Assembly (NCBI GenBank): GCA_030698385.1
Contig: JAUYLZ010000022.1
Coordinates: 1-64,000, forward strand
DNA from: a bacterium
GTDB lineage: Bacteria > Patescibacteriota > Patescibacteriia > Patescibacteriales > XYC2-FULL-47-12
DNA length: 64,000 bases
Reading direction: 5' to 3'
Part shown: piece by piece, positions 48,370 through 57,673 of the stretch
Layout: each line of letters opens with the position of its first letter
How positions within the stretch are numbered: position 1 is the stretch's first letter
Position numbers and translations under genes: made by a program
The notes under the pieces: generated by a model
The model's input: only the letters and a program-made list of their open reading frames with translations
The model's database searches: none
Told to the model about the DNA's origin: nothing

Positions 48370-49647
48370 TTAGTCTACGCCTTCTATAGCCTCTACAATC
48401 TTACCGGCACTCATCCAGCTTAACTCTGTATCGGGATGTTGTGCAAAACAACTCCGAACGTCATCGTGAAAATACTGCTGCGCTTCTCGCATCTTATCTT
48501 CCCAGTGATAGTGACAGTCGTAGATACTTTCAAATTCAGCACTTGGACACGTGTCATAGCCATCCACCGCTACCGAATGCTCCGCCCTGCCATTAGCATC
48601 AGCTTGCACAAAACAGTCAACCAGCGCCTGATCGTCTGTGTTCAGCATTTCATACGCCATAGTTTCTGCGGGCGGTGACTGTATTAAAAAATCATCTGCT
48701 GAAACATAATAATACTCCATGTTTTCAATAATACCGCTATCGTCCTCATCGTATTCCAAATTCATGCCAACAGGAAATACACGCCCCCGACGGTAAAAAA
48801 AGTGTGCGAGTGCCATTAAATCTATGCCGTCATCCGGTATCGTGATTGCTTCGTTACTTTCCCGTAAATTAGCCACTGTTCCTGCTGGATATTTTTGTCC
48901 GCCTTCTTGTTGATTCAGATAGTGCAATTCAGCACCCTCATGTAATTGATCGTCCAAAAGCAACGTTCTAACCAGCTCCGGAGATGACATTACCGCTGCT
49001 AATGCATTGTCAGGAACCCAATGCCCGGCAATTTCTTTTTCTTCGGTAAGCGCATGGCCACGCTCAGCAAGCTCACGGCTACGTAGCGTTTCAATTTCTG
49101 CTTCGCTATACCCTCCTGCTAAAGATCTCACATACGCTATGCCACTGATATGTTCCGACACACAATACCAATAACGGTGCGCCGCTTTTTTAAAACACAG
49201 GGTCTCATCAGCATACACCGCATCCCACACGCCATATGTATCATAGTGTATTTTGTACCGGCTACCGTCACTACTCATAACAATTTCAATGTTAAATGGC
49301 TCTGTGTATCCTAATCTCTCAAGATTGCTGACAACATTCAACGCATAGGCAGCTGGTTGCGTACGTGCCACATCAATAGTACCACTCGTTATGCTATCTG
49401 TCTGGTGTATGTCACCGTCATCACTGACGATGGTAGTATGTTGTGGTGCTGCATTATTAAAAACAAACACCCAGACTATAAAGAAAAGCGTGGCTAAAAA
49501 GAGCAGCCCGGCAGCGCTCCATACCATAGCAATGGTGCGCTTACTGCCTTCTTTAGCTATGCTTACATTACTATTCTCTAGTACTTGCTCATCATTGTTG
49601 CTTGGTTGTTCTACACTATCAATTAGCTGCTGATTTTCTTCTTCCAT
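48370..49647 (-). CDS. Membrane-anchored hypothetical protein (425 aa, large extracytoplasmic domain)
   Basis: Acidic N-terminus, one TM (IAMVWSAAGLLFLATLFFIVWVFVF), then a ~350 aa region with no known motif; appears higher in GC than its neighbours. Confidence 0.5.
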   Translation of the reverse strand: MEEENQQLIDSVEQPSNNDEQVLENSNVSIAKEGSKRTIAMVWSAAGLLFLATLFFIVWVFVFNNAAPQHTTIVSDDGDIHQTDSITSGTIDVARTQPAAYALNVVSNLERLGYTEPFNIEIVMSSDGSRYKIHYDTYGVWDAVYADETLCFKKAAHRYWYCVSEHISGIAYVRSLAGGYSEAEIETLRSRELAERGHALTEEKEIAGHWVPDNALAAVMSSPELVRTLLLDDQLHEGAELHYLNQQEGGQKYPAGTVANLRESNEAITIPDDGIDLMALAHFFYRRGRVFPVGMNLEYDEDDSGIIENMEYYYVSADDFLIQSPPAETMAYEMLNTDDQALVDCFVQADANGRAEHSVAVDGYDTCPSAEFESIYDCHYHWEDKMREAQQYFHDDVRSCFAQHPDTELSWMSAGKIVEAIEGVD

Positions 49648-49675
49648 ATTTTTTCTTTTGAACTATTGAAAATTT

Positions 49676-49760
49676 CACTTCATAATCTCCTGCCCATCAT
49701 AATCTCCTGCCCCTCGTGGTACTCAATCAGACGCTTGGTTGTTTCGTTTTTATAGTATGG
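49676..49760 (-). repeat. LOG-gene 3' end repeat copy with internal 15-nt tandem duplication (CATAATCTCCTGCCC x2)
   Basis: Minus-strand frame reads ...TKRLIEYHEGQEIMMGRRL-stop; matches 50381-50430 and 48216-48265. Confidence 0.5.
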
Positions 49761-49763
49761 TAC

Positions 49764-50366
49764 TTACTTTTTTATTGGTTCACACCACTGGTAACTACCC
49801 AAACAGCGCAACTGATTTTGCATCAATCCTGCCGGACAGCCACTCGACGGCATGGGTATATATCCACTTTTTTGCATAACCGTTACTGATTCTATACAAC
49901 ATTCATCATTTTGGTTCTGACAGTTAGTGAGTAGGCTTTTGTAGTAGGGTGGTTGCTGCACCGTACTACTAGGCGGCCAACCCTCACTCCATCGCCAACC
50001 CTCACTCCGCCATTGAAAATTATCTATATAAACAATGTACGCAACTACCACCATAACAGTAGTCACACCCAAAAAAACTACTATTTTCCATATCTTGTTC
50101 ATTTGCAACATACTAGTAAAAAAGTACACTGCCGAAGGAGCGAGTAATATAATATAGCCTAAGACCAATTGCGTGATTGTAATACACTGCGAAGGGCAGC
50201 GTACAAACGCGGCATCATAGAGCACTGTCCAATCCGGACATGTAGCGGTCGTTGGGGCACATCGAGGCATGCCGTGCGGCGTACCCAGCTGTAACATAAC
50301 GTACCAAATAAACAAGATAACGAAACTGACAAAAATATTAATGATAATTTTTTTAGAAAATTTCAT
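49764..50366 (-). CDS. Cys-rich polytopic membrane protein, hypothetical
   Basis: Nine or more Cys residues in loop regions (CAPTTATC, RCPSQC, ECCIES, GCPAG, RCLGSYQWC), three to four TM helices, and tandem SEGWRW repeats. Confidence 0.45.
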   Translation of the reverse strand: MKFSKKIIINIFVSFVILFIWYVMLQLGTPHGMPRCAPTTATCPDWTVLYDAAFVRCPSQCITITQLVLGYIILLAPSAVYFFTSMLQMNKIWKIVVFLGVTTVMVVVAYIVYIDNFQWRSEGWRWSEGWPPSSTVQQPPYYKSLLTNCQNQNDECCIESVTVMQKSGYIPMPSSGCPAGLMQNQLRCLGSYQWCEPIKK

Positions 50367-50378
50367 ACTTCTTATTTC

Positions 50379-51131
50379 TTACTTCATAATCTCCTGCCCA
50401 TCATGGTACTCAATCGGACGCTCTTGGGTGTTAACCTTATCTTTCTTAATTAAACTATCAATATGCCGTAGCGCCTCGCCAGCGGAATCAACGAGGTGAT
50501 AAATTTCTAAATCCTCTTGGGCTATTGCCTTGCTTTTATTATACAGCTCTTGCTCAATCCAGGAAAGCAGCGGTTGCCAGTAGCTTTTACCGACTAAAAT
50601 AATGGGGATGCGGCAAATTTTTTTCGTCTGTACCAAAGTCGCGATTTCAAAAAATTCATCCAGCGTGCCAAACCCGCCGGGAAAGTAGATATAAATTTCT
50701 GACGCGTAGGCGAGCATCACCTTACGAATAAAAAAATAGTGAAATGACTGTGACTCTCTGACATAACGGTTGGTACGCTGTTCTTTGGGTAGCTGAATAT
50801 TGAGCCCGACCGAGACGCCATTTTTTGCCTCCACCGCGCCCTTGTTGGCGGCCGCCATTACGCCGGGTCCGCCGCCGGTAATGACCGCAAAGCCGCGCTC
50901 GGCTAACCCTTTAGCTAAGCTTGCCGCTTCATCATAAATCTTATCGCCATCTTTACAGCGCGCGCTGCCAAAAATAGTGGCGGCCGCGTCATAGCGGCGC
51001 AGAAACTCAAAGCCAGAAACGAACTCGCCCATGATTTTGAAAATGCGCCAAGACGGGGTGACTTCGTCGCGGCTGTAGGCGATGGAGGAGATTCGGGGTT
51101 TAAATTTTTTTACTATCTTTCTATTAAACAT
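50379..51131 (-). CDS. LOG-family protein (TIGR00730 Rossmann-fold nucleotide-binding / cytokinin riboside 5'-monophosphate phosphoribohydrolase-like)
   Basis: GGGPGVMAAANKGA and PGGFGTLDEFFE signature motifs. Confidence 0.8.
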   Translation of the reverse strand: MFNRKIVKKFKPRISSIAYSRDEVTPSWRIFKIMGEFVSGFEFLRRYDAAATIFGSARCKDGDKIYDEAASLAKGLAERGFAVITGGGPGVMAAANKGAVEAKNGVSVGLNIQLPKEQRTNRYVRESQSFHYFFIRKVMLAYASEIYIYFPGGFGTLDEFFEIATLVQTKKICRIPIILVGKSYWQPLLSWIEQELYNKSKAIAQEDLEIYHLVDSAGEALRHIDSLIKKDKVNTQERPIEYHDGQEIMK

Positions 51132-51168
51132 ATTGTTCTATGCTTTGTTTCAAAAATTTTATAACGAA

Positions 51169-51711
51169 TTAAAATTCATCTAAATTTTCTATGATATTAT
51201 CCTTTGCAGAGTCAATTTTAAATTTATGTTCGAAAACATATGTTGAGCTTGCGGGGTTTTTCATCCACTCCCGATAATCTGCTTCGCGAAATTGAATGGT
51301 ATCCGAAGTATTTCCTTCATTGTTTTCAGCCCATATAGTAATCGTTGGATTGAATCTGGAGGCTCCAGAGTCTAAAGGCACAAGACCATTTGTTAAATCT
51401 AAATCGTAAGGACCTTCGGCACAATAATCATATTCTTGCCAAGGTGGTTCGTACTCGTAACAAATATGTAATTTCCCCTCCTTTATTGGCCAACCCCATT
51501 TATTTACGACTAATAGTTTGATAAACGAGTCAGGGGGAAGATTAGGAAGACCTAAATATGTTTCAACTGAACCATCCATATTCTTTATTCTATATTGATC
51601 ATCGCCATCTATAGATCGCAGTTTAGGTATATAAACGTAGTAATATGTACCAAAAATAACGATTATAAAAAATGCATAAATAAAAATAGGTTTTAAATAT
51701 TTTTTATTCAT
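51169..51711 (-). CDS. Membrane-anchored/secreted hypothetical protein
   Basis: N-terminal TM/signal (IFIYAFFIIVIFGTYYYVYI) and ~150 aa soluble region. Confidence 0.45.
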   Translation of the reverse strand: MNKKYLKPIFIYAFFIIVIFGTYYYVYIPKLRSIDGDDQYRIKNMDGSVETYLGLPNLPPDSFIKLLVVNKWGWPIKEGKLHICYEYEPPWQEYDYCAEGPYDLDLTNGLVPLDSGASRFNPTITIWAENNEGNTSDTIQFREADYREWMKNPASSTYVFEHKFKIDSAKDNIIENLDEF

Positions 51712-51960
51712 ATATATAGTTATTAGCTATAATTAACTCGGGAATAGCCTTTCCCTGTGGACAAGTTTTTACTTCTGTTTTACACTCTTTACCAGTAAGG
51801 TATCCAGTCAAGAATGCATAATCTAACTATTCATGTAGGCCTATTTAGCACTACTTTGTTATGACTAAACTTATGTTCTATCTCGGAATTGATGTGGGAA
51901 AATTTTCCCACTCACTCTGCCTCATTGACGAAGCCGACCATCATGACCTTGCGCGTAAAA
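51712..51960 (+). mobile_element. IS110-family transposase 5' remnant (putative left end plus first ~33 codons)
   Basis: Plus-strand ORF from 51861 begins MTKLMFYLGIDVGKFSHSLCLIDEADHH, matching the conserved N-terminal YxGIDVxK...D motif of IS110/IS1111 DEDD transposases. It is abruptly replaced by antisense LOG sequence at about 51955. Confidence 0.4.
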
Positions 51961-52364
51961 AAATAATGAAAAGCTTGCGACTCTTGCACGTATTTATTAA
52001 TGCGCTGCTCGCGCGGCAGCTGAATATTGAGACCAACCGAGACACCGTTTTTGGTTTCCGCCGCGCCCTTGTTGGCGGTCGCCATCACACCGGGCCCGCC
52101 GCCGGTAATGACCGCAAAGCCGCGCTCGGCTAACCCTTTAGCTAAGCTTGCCGCTTCATCATAAATTTTATCGCCATCTTTACAGCGCGCGCTGCCAAAA
52201 ATCGTGGCGGCCGCGTCATAGCGGCGCAGAAACTCAAAACCAGAGACGAACTCGCCCATGATTTTGAAGATGCGCCACGATGGGGTGACTTCGTCGCGAC
52301 TGTAGGCGATAGACGAAATGCGGGGTTGAAATTTTATGGCTGGTTTTTTGCGAGCAAATATCAT
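51912..52364 (-). pseudogene. Truncated duplicate of the LOG-family gene (N-terminal ~135 aa nearly identical to 50379-51131)
   Basis: KPRISSIAYSRDEVTPSWRIFKIMGEFVSGFEFLRRYDAAATIFGSARCKDGDKIYDEAASLAKGLAERGFAVITGGGPGVM is shared almost residue-for-residue; the copy diverges after FHYFF and ends without the PGGFGT motif. Confidence 0.65.
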
Positions 52365-52423
52365 AAATTGTTATATTGTCCTATTGTTATATTATTACGT
52401 CATTACGCGCTCCCGGTTTATTA

Positions 52424-53059
52424 CTAGTTTGATACATAGTACGCTGCCGACTTCGGCCATGAAATAAAATTAACTAAAAATCTTTTTATAGTATCAAGAT
52501 CGGCATTCGTCCTTAACTGATAGAAAGTAATTCCTCCGTAAAGGATGTCGCCGCTTTTATAGTCTTTTGAACGAATGTTCACAATTTTGTAACCAGGATC
52601 AAGCTGCCACCGCGTTGAGGCATTCCCATTCTTGTCTGTGTCGGATATATCATAGATGTATATTTCGGCATTGTGATGAGCTGTTTCTATTTCCAGCTTA
52701 TCAATGAGGTTACTGTTTTGAGGTAAAAAATTAACGGCTTCCGGTTCAGTTTCTCTTGTCCAAATTTCTATAACTTGTCCGGAGTAATCTTCATTTTCTC
52801 TGACAACTAAGTGGTTACCTGAATTTTCACTAACCCTAACGCCGTACCAGCGAGTCGGGTATAAAAAATGTATGTGAAATAATTCAGCGTCGGTATAACC
52901 AACATCTCCTACCTCAAGATATGGAAACACATCGTCACCCAAGGGCATATCATAATAAGGCGAGTCAAATTCTAAATAATTAGGCGAGTCAAAGCCCCAA
53001 ATTAAGAGACTTATTACCGCTAACAAAATTACTATAATTATTATCAGATACTTTATCAT
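52424..53059 (-). CDS. Membrane-anchored/secreted hypothetical protein
   Basis: N-terminal TM (YLIIIIVILLAVISLLIW) and ~180 aa soluble region. Confidence 0.45.
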   Translation of the reverse strand: MIKYLIIIIVILLAVISLLIWGFDSPNYLEFDSPYYDMPLGDDVFPYLEVGDVGYTDAELFHIHFLYPTRWYGVRVSENSGNHLVVRENEDYSGQVIEIWTRETEPEAVNFLPQNSNLIDKLEIETAHHNAEIYIYDISDTDKNGNASTRWQLDPGYKIVNIRSKDYKSGDILYGGITFYQLRTNADLDTIKRFLVNFISWPKSAAYYVSN

Positions 53060-53086
53060 AAAATTGTTCGGTTGTTTTATTAAAGG

Positions 53087-53986
53087 TTACTGTTTGAAGT
53101 AAAAACTATTTACTATTCCAGCTAATGCAATGATATAATCTTCGTTTTCATAACCTTTTCCTGCTGCCGTATAAGAGATTACTAGCGGTTGTTCTTGGCC
53201 GTTGTCCACAAAATAATCATGTCTCGTAGACTGTGGCGAAACCCAAGGTGTTTGATATCTGCTTTCTACAGCTAACCGTCCTCCTACAGAAACTGCAAAC
53301 CGACCAAATCCTATTTCATACAGAAAACTTTCATACGGAAAATTATCATTGCGAACGCGCCGACCATATTTTTGCTCTAAGTCTCTCTGAGAAAAATCGG
53401 CTTCATCGTCATAGTTGTGACTGCGCCCAAAAGACACATACAAATCAGCCCCTTCTGTGGATCGGCTCTCCCTGGCATAATCTTTCCGAGATTTTACTAC
53501 AACCAGCTGATTGATTAGATCGCGGTCTATGACTATCCAACCTGAGGGATACTTAAAACCAAATCCGTATTGTTCGCTCTGATAACTGTTCCAGTTGGTG
53601 GTGTCGGCTAAATACCCAGCCTCATTTAAAGCTATTTCCTGTTGTTCTGCTGCCCACTCTAATTCTTCTATACTCGGCTCTATGATATAATCGGGGTCGT
53701 CAAAATCTACGTCAAAATGAATAATGTCATCTTCCATAAGCGTAATTTCGTCTGAAATCATTATTAGATTGCTAACCACTTTTCTATGGTAGTAGTAGAA
53801 TCCGACTCCCGCTGCTATTAAAACCACCATTATCAACACTAATACTTTTTCCAAGACACTCAATACAGCCATTTTCTTTACTATTGATCTCACTCGAGTA
53901 TATACATCAGCCATCCAACTAGACTGCGTACGTTCGGTATCACTGTCTAGTGTAAAACGATTGTCATTGTCCTGTTGGATATCCAT
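53087..53986 (-). CDS. Membrane-anchored hypothetical protein (cytoplasmic N-terminus, one TM, extracytoplasmic domain)
   Basis: TM LSVLEKVLVLIMVVLIAAGVGFYYY; no known motifs. Confidence 0.45.
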   Translation of the reverse strand: MDIQQDNDNRFTLDSDTERTQSSWMADVYTRVRSIVKKMAVLSVLEKVLVLIMVVLIAAGVGFYYYHRKVVSNLIMISDEITLMEDDIIHFDVDFDDPDYIIEPSIEELEWAAEQQEIALNEAGYLADTTNWNSYQSEQYGFGFKYPSGWIVIDRDLINQLVVVKSRKDYARESRSTEGADLYVSFGRSHNYDDEADFSQRDLEQKYGRRVRNDNFPYESFLYEIGFGRFAVSVGGRLAVESRYQTPWVSPQSTRHDYFVDNGQEQPLVISYTAAGKGYENEDYIIALAGIVNSFYFKQ

Positions 53987-54013
53987 ATAGATAGAAGATA
54001 AAACTAAATAATG

Positions 54014-55891
54014 TTAGGTGGTAATAATGGATTTGACCTTTTCCACAATCCCCGCCGCGTCAATCCCCTCATACTTGAGCAACTCCTCCGGCTTACCACT
54101 GCGCGGCAGTTTTGTTACCGCCAGCGAATAGGTGGGACGCGTAATAACACCGGAACCGCAGACCGCTTCGTACAAACCGCCTTCGGGGTGATTGTCTTCC
54201 ACAACGATTAACGCTTGCGTTTCCTGACAGGCTTTTTGTAGCGCTTTGGTGTCTAACGGTTTGACGCTGTACAAATCAATTACGCGAATGTGAATACCCT
54301 GTTTTTGCAGTTCATAAAAAGCTTTAATCGCCTCGTGCAAAGCGATGCCGGCGGCAATAACGGTCGCGACATCTTTTTTACTTTGAAAAATTGTCTTACT
54401 GCCGCCGATTTTAAAACTCTCGCCGTTGCTGTAAATCACCGGCGTCTTCGCGCGCGTAGTTTGTAAATAAACCAAACCGTCATGCTTGGCCGCCGCCAAA
54501 ACTAACTTCTGTGTAGCAACGGCATCAGACGGATACAGCACAACGCTATTGTGAACTGAGCGAAACAAGGCGATTTCTTCCAGCCCCATCTGCGAGGCGC
54601 CGTCTTCGCCAATAGACACGCCGGCATGCGAACCGATAAATTTAATATTTGCGCCAGAATACTGACACATACGAATTTGATCAGCCGCGCGCGTGAAAAA
54701 GGCGGCGAAGGTTGAAACAAAAGGAATTTTTCCCCGCCGCGCCAAACCCAGCGCCGCGCCAACCATGTTCTGCTCGGTAATGAACATTTCAAAAAACTGC
54801 CGCGGCGTTTTTTCTTTTACCGTTTCGGCAAAAGTGGAGTTACTTACCTCGGCATCCAGTACTACTACCTGCTTATTCGCCTTTGCCAGTGCGGCAATCA
54901 CATCGCCATAGGCCTGACGTGTCGCAACCTGTTCATCTTTACGGTAAATTTTAGATTTAGGATTTATGATTTTAGATTTGTTTGGAGTTTGTCCCGCCAC
55001 GGCGGGATTGGAGCTTGGAGCTTTTAACTGACCTCGCGCTTCATGATCAACTTCCCCCAACTCTTTAATTGCCTTATTCAAATCATCCTCCGCCAGCGCT
55101 TTTCCATGCCAGCCGTCTTTATTTTCTAAAAATGACACACCCTTGCCTTTCAATGTTTTTGCAATGATCATCACCGGTTTACCCGTCGTAGAGACACGAT
55201 ATATCGCGTCTCTACCCTTCAACGCCTTGTCGTAAACACGGGCCACCTGCTGCACATTGTGTCCGTCAACCACCACCGCCTCCCAGCCAAATGCCTTTGC
55301 CTTGTCTGCAAAATCTTTCACATCATGCCCCGGCATAGTTTCGCCGCGCTGGCCGAGCCTGTTCACATCAATAATGCCGATTAAATTATTTAATTTATAA
55401 TAAGCCGCCACCTGCATCGCCTCCCAGTTTGATCCTTCGGCCATTTCGCTGTCGCCGAGCAGTACGAAGGTTTTGTAAGCCAAACCATCATAACGCGCGT
55501 TGAGCGCCATGCCCACGCCAACGGACAGCCCTTGTCCGAGCGAGCCGGTCGCGACTTCAGTGTACGGCAGGCGACGTGTCGGGTGCCCCTCAAGGCGGGA
55601 GGTAAACTTACGAAATGTGGTCAACTCTTTATTGGTAATGCTTGAACCCGCAACCGCCGCCCACAGTGAGTAGAATAATGGCGAGGCATGCCCTTTGGAA
55701 AAAATCAGCCGGTCGTTATTCTGATTTTCAGGATTTTTAATATCATATTTAAAATAACCATTAAAAAACAACACCGCCATCAGCTCCACGGCTGACAGAC
55801 TGGACGTTGGATGTCCGGAACCGGCCGCCGTGGATGAGGTTAAAATCCAGTAACGCATGAGTTTAGCGATTTTATTTATATCATTTGGCAT
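54014..55891 (-). CDS. tkt: Transketolase
   Basis: GSGHPTSSLSAVELMAVLFF ThDP-binding N-terminus and GEDGASQMGLEE motif. Confidence 0.9.
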   Translation of the reverse strand: MPNDINKIAKLMRYWILTSSTAAGSGHPTSSLSAVELMAVLFFNGYFKYDIKNPENQNNDRLIFSKGHASPLFYSLWAAVAGSSITNKELTTFRKFTSRLEGHPTRRLPYTEVATGSLGQGLSVGVGMALNARYDGLAYKTFVLLGDSEMAEGSNWEAMQVAAYYKLNNLIGIIDVNRLGQRGETMPGHDVKDFADKAKAFGWEAVVVDGHNVQQVARVYDKALKGRDAIYRVSTTGKPVMIIAKTLKGKGVSFLENKDGWHGKALAEDDLNKAIKELGEVDHEARGQLKAPSSNPAVAGQTPNKSKIINPKSKIYRKDEQVATRQAYGDVIAALAKANKQVVVLDAEVSNSTFAETVKEKTPRQFFEMFITEQNMVGAALGLARRGKIPFVSTFAAFFTRAADQIRMCQYSGANIKFIGSHAGVSIGEDGASQMGLEEIALFRSVHNSVVLYPSDAVATQKLVLAAAKHDGLVYLQTTRAKTPVIYSNGESFKIGGSKTIFQSKKDVATVIAAGIALHEAIKAFYELQKQGIHIRVIDLYSVKPLDTKALQKACQETQALIVVEDNHPEGGLYEAVCGSGVITRPTYSLAVTKLPRSGKPEELLKYEGIDAAGIVEKVKSIITT

Positions 55892-55903
55892 AATTTTTTG
55901 AAA

Positions 55904-56731
55904 TTATTTTAATCTCTTTTTATTTTCAGGCATCTGTAAAAAATTATCTTTTGTTGAAACTTTTTTTCCGCTTTTTTTCTCAAGGTCCTTTCTGGCCTTG
56001 CCGGCTACGCTTCCGCCTGCTTGCGCGGCCAGTTTATTTTTATCAAAACCCATGGTGTCTTTATTTTTAGCAATCTCAATAGTTGAGGCCTCGCCAAGCA
56101 TGGTAAAAATCAATTCCAGGTCGTTCATATGATCCCTCAAATTTTCTCTGTTTAAATTCTTGAACTTTTGATATTGACTGGGAGTCATGCCGAAAGTCGC
56201 TTGGGAAATTTCCGCAGTCAAAATCGCGTACTCTCGCTTTTCTTTGACGCCGCGTTTTTGCCATTCGTCCGTCAAGGTTTCGCGAACTTCTATCCCGCGC
56301 ATTCGTTTCTCAATCCAGGCGTCAGAATATCCTTTGGCTTTATAAAGCGTCCTTGTTCTTTTTGTCGCTATTTCTGGATCTTCAATTTCTTGTATTCGTT
56401 CATAACCGACTTTAGCCAGCCAGCGCTTGAATGGCTCGGCTTTTGAGGAGGGAATTGACTGAATAATACGAAAAATTCCTTCCGTATTAGCACAATTCAG
56501 TTTTTGAGGACCTCCTGCGGTATCAATGGTAAGGGTGGTGGCAATTTGCCCCCATCCTTGGGATAGCTCCTGGTCGCGCCTACGCATATCTTTTATATAT
56601 CCTTTTGGTTGCACAGAATTAGTTAATGCAGCTACGACATCTTCAATCACAAACCACCATTCGTTTTTATGTATGGTTTTACGAATTTCTTTTTTCCTGA
56701 AAATAGCTATTTTAGTTGATGCGATTTCCAT
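55904..56731 (-). CDS. DinD-like protein with N-terminal Bro-N domain
   Basis: Bro-N region (KNEWWFVIEDVVAAL ... CANTEGIFRIIQSIPSSKAEPFKRWL). Its C-terminal half resembles the E. coli DNA-damage-inducible protein DinD. Confidence 0.6.
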   Translation of the reverse strand: MEIASTKIAIFRKKEIRKTIHKNEWWFVIEDVVAALTNSVQPKGYIKDMRRRDQELSQGWGQIATTLTIDTAGGPQKLNCANTEGIFRIIQSIPSSKAEPFKRWLAKVGYERIQEIEDPEIATKRTRTLYKAKGYSDAWIEKRMRGIEVRETLTDEWQKRGVKEKREYAILTAEISQATFGMTPSQYQKFKNLNRENLRDHMNDLELIFTMLGEASTIEIAKNKDTMGFDKNKLAAQAGGSVAGKARKDLEKKSGKKVSTKDNFLQMPENKKRLK

Positions 56732-56776
56732 GTTCTTACTTTTTTATTTGTTATTATTATTTTAACTTCTGCTTTC

Positions 56777-57667
56777 TTACTTCTTCGTCACCGCGTGTCC
56801 CCCAAACTCCCGCCGGGTCGCAGCAATCACCCGCTTGCCCAAGGCAAATTTTTTGGAGGTATCTTGACGAGTTTTCACTGCTACTTCAAACGCCGGCGCG
56901 TAGCCGTTGATTGACTGCACCGTATCCTGCAATTCTGCAATGGTAACGCTGCCGATTTGAGTGGAAATATCTTTAAAATCCTTACGCGTAAGACCCGTAA
57001 CCATCCAGTCAAGCAAAGCGCTGCTCACAATACTCGCCGGCTGCCAGGTCTTGGCCGCCTTGAGCAGGTCAATTTTTTGTTCAAAGCCGTTGAGCAACTC
57101 CATACCTTCAGCGAGCCCTTGCATGTATACGTACTCAATGATGTTATGCACGCTTTTGACAAAGTGTCCGGCGCCGCTGGCGCCAAAATAGCCGTAACCG
57201 TTTTTGGGCGCGAGCGCCTTGCAGAATGGCTCAATGTGTTTGAACTGCGCTTTTGGTCCGCCAATCATCAGCGCGTAGCCGCGTGTGAGTCCCCAGATAC
57301 CGCCGGAAACACCGGCGTCAAACAAATGCACGCCGTATTTGGCACAACGCTGGCTCTGGGTTTGCGCGTTTTTGTAAAAAGCGTTCGCGCCGTTGATAAT
57401 GATGTCGCCTTTTTTTAAAAGAGGCAGAAGCGCGTCAATCGTTTCATCAGTCACTTGACCGGCGGGCAGCATCAGCCAGATAATTTTTTTACGCGGCAAC
57501 GCCGCTACCAACGCCTCCAGCGTATCAGCGGTTTTTCCCTTGGCTTTGGTTATCTCCCGATAGACCTCTTTACTGCGGTTGAAGCCAACAACATCATGCC
57601 CGTTCCGGAGCAGACGGACAGCCATGTTTTTACCCATACGGCCGAGGCCGAGAATACCGATAGTCAT
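56777..57667 (-). CDS. gnd: 6-phosphogluconate dehydrogenase (short-form, decarboxylating)
   Basis: MTIGILGLGRMGKNMAVRL Rossmann N-terminus and a ~300 aa length typical of the short 6PGDH family. Confidence 0.7.
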   Translation of the reverse strand: MTIGILGLGRMGKNMAVRLLRNGHDVVGFNRSKEVYREITKAKGKTADTLEALVAALPRKKIIWLMLPAGQVTDETIDALLPLLKKGDIIINGANAFYKNAQTQSQRCAKYGVHLFDAGVSGGIWGLTRGYALMIGGPKAQFKHIEPFCKALAPKNGYGYFGASGAGHFVKSVHNIIEYVYMQGLAEGMELLNGFEQKIDLLKAAKTWQPASIVSSALLDWMVTGLTRKDFKDISTQIGSVTIAELQDTVQSINGYAPAFEVAVKTRQDTSKKFALGKRVIAATRREFGGHAVTKK

Positions 57668-57673
57668 AATTCA

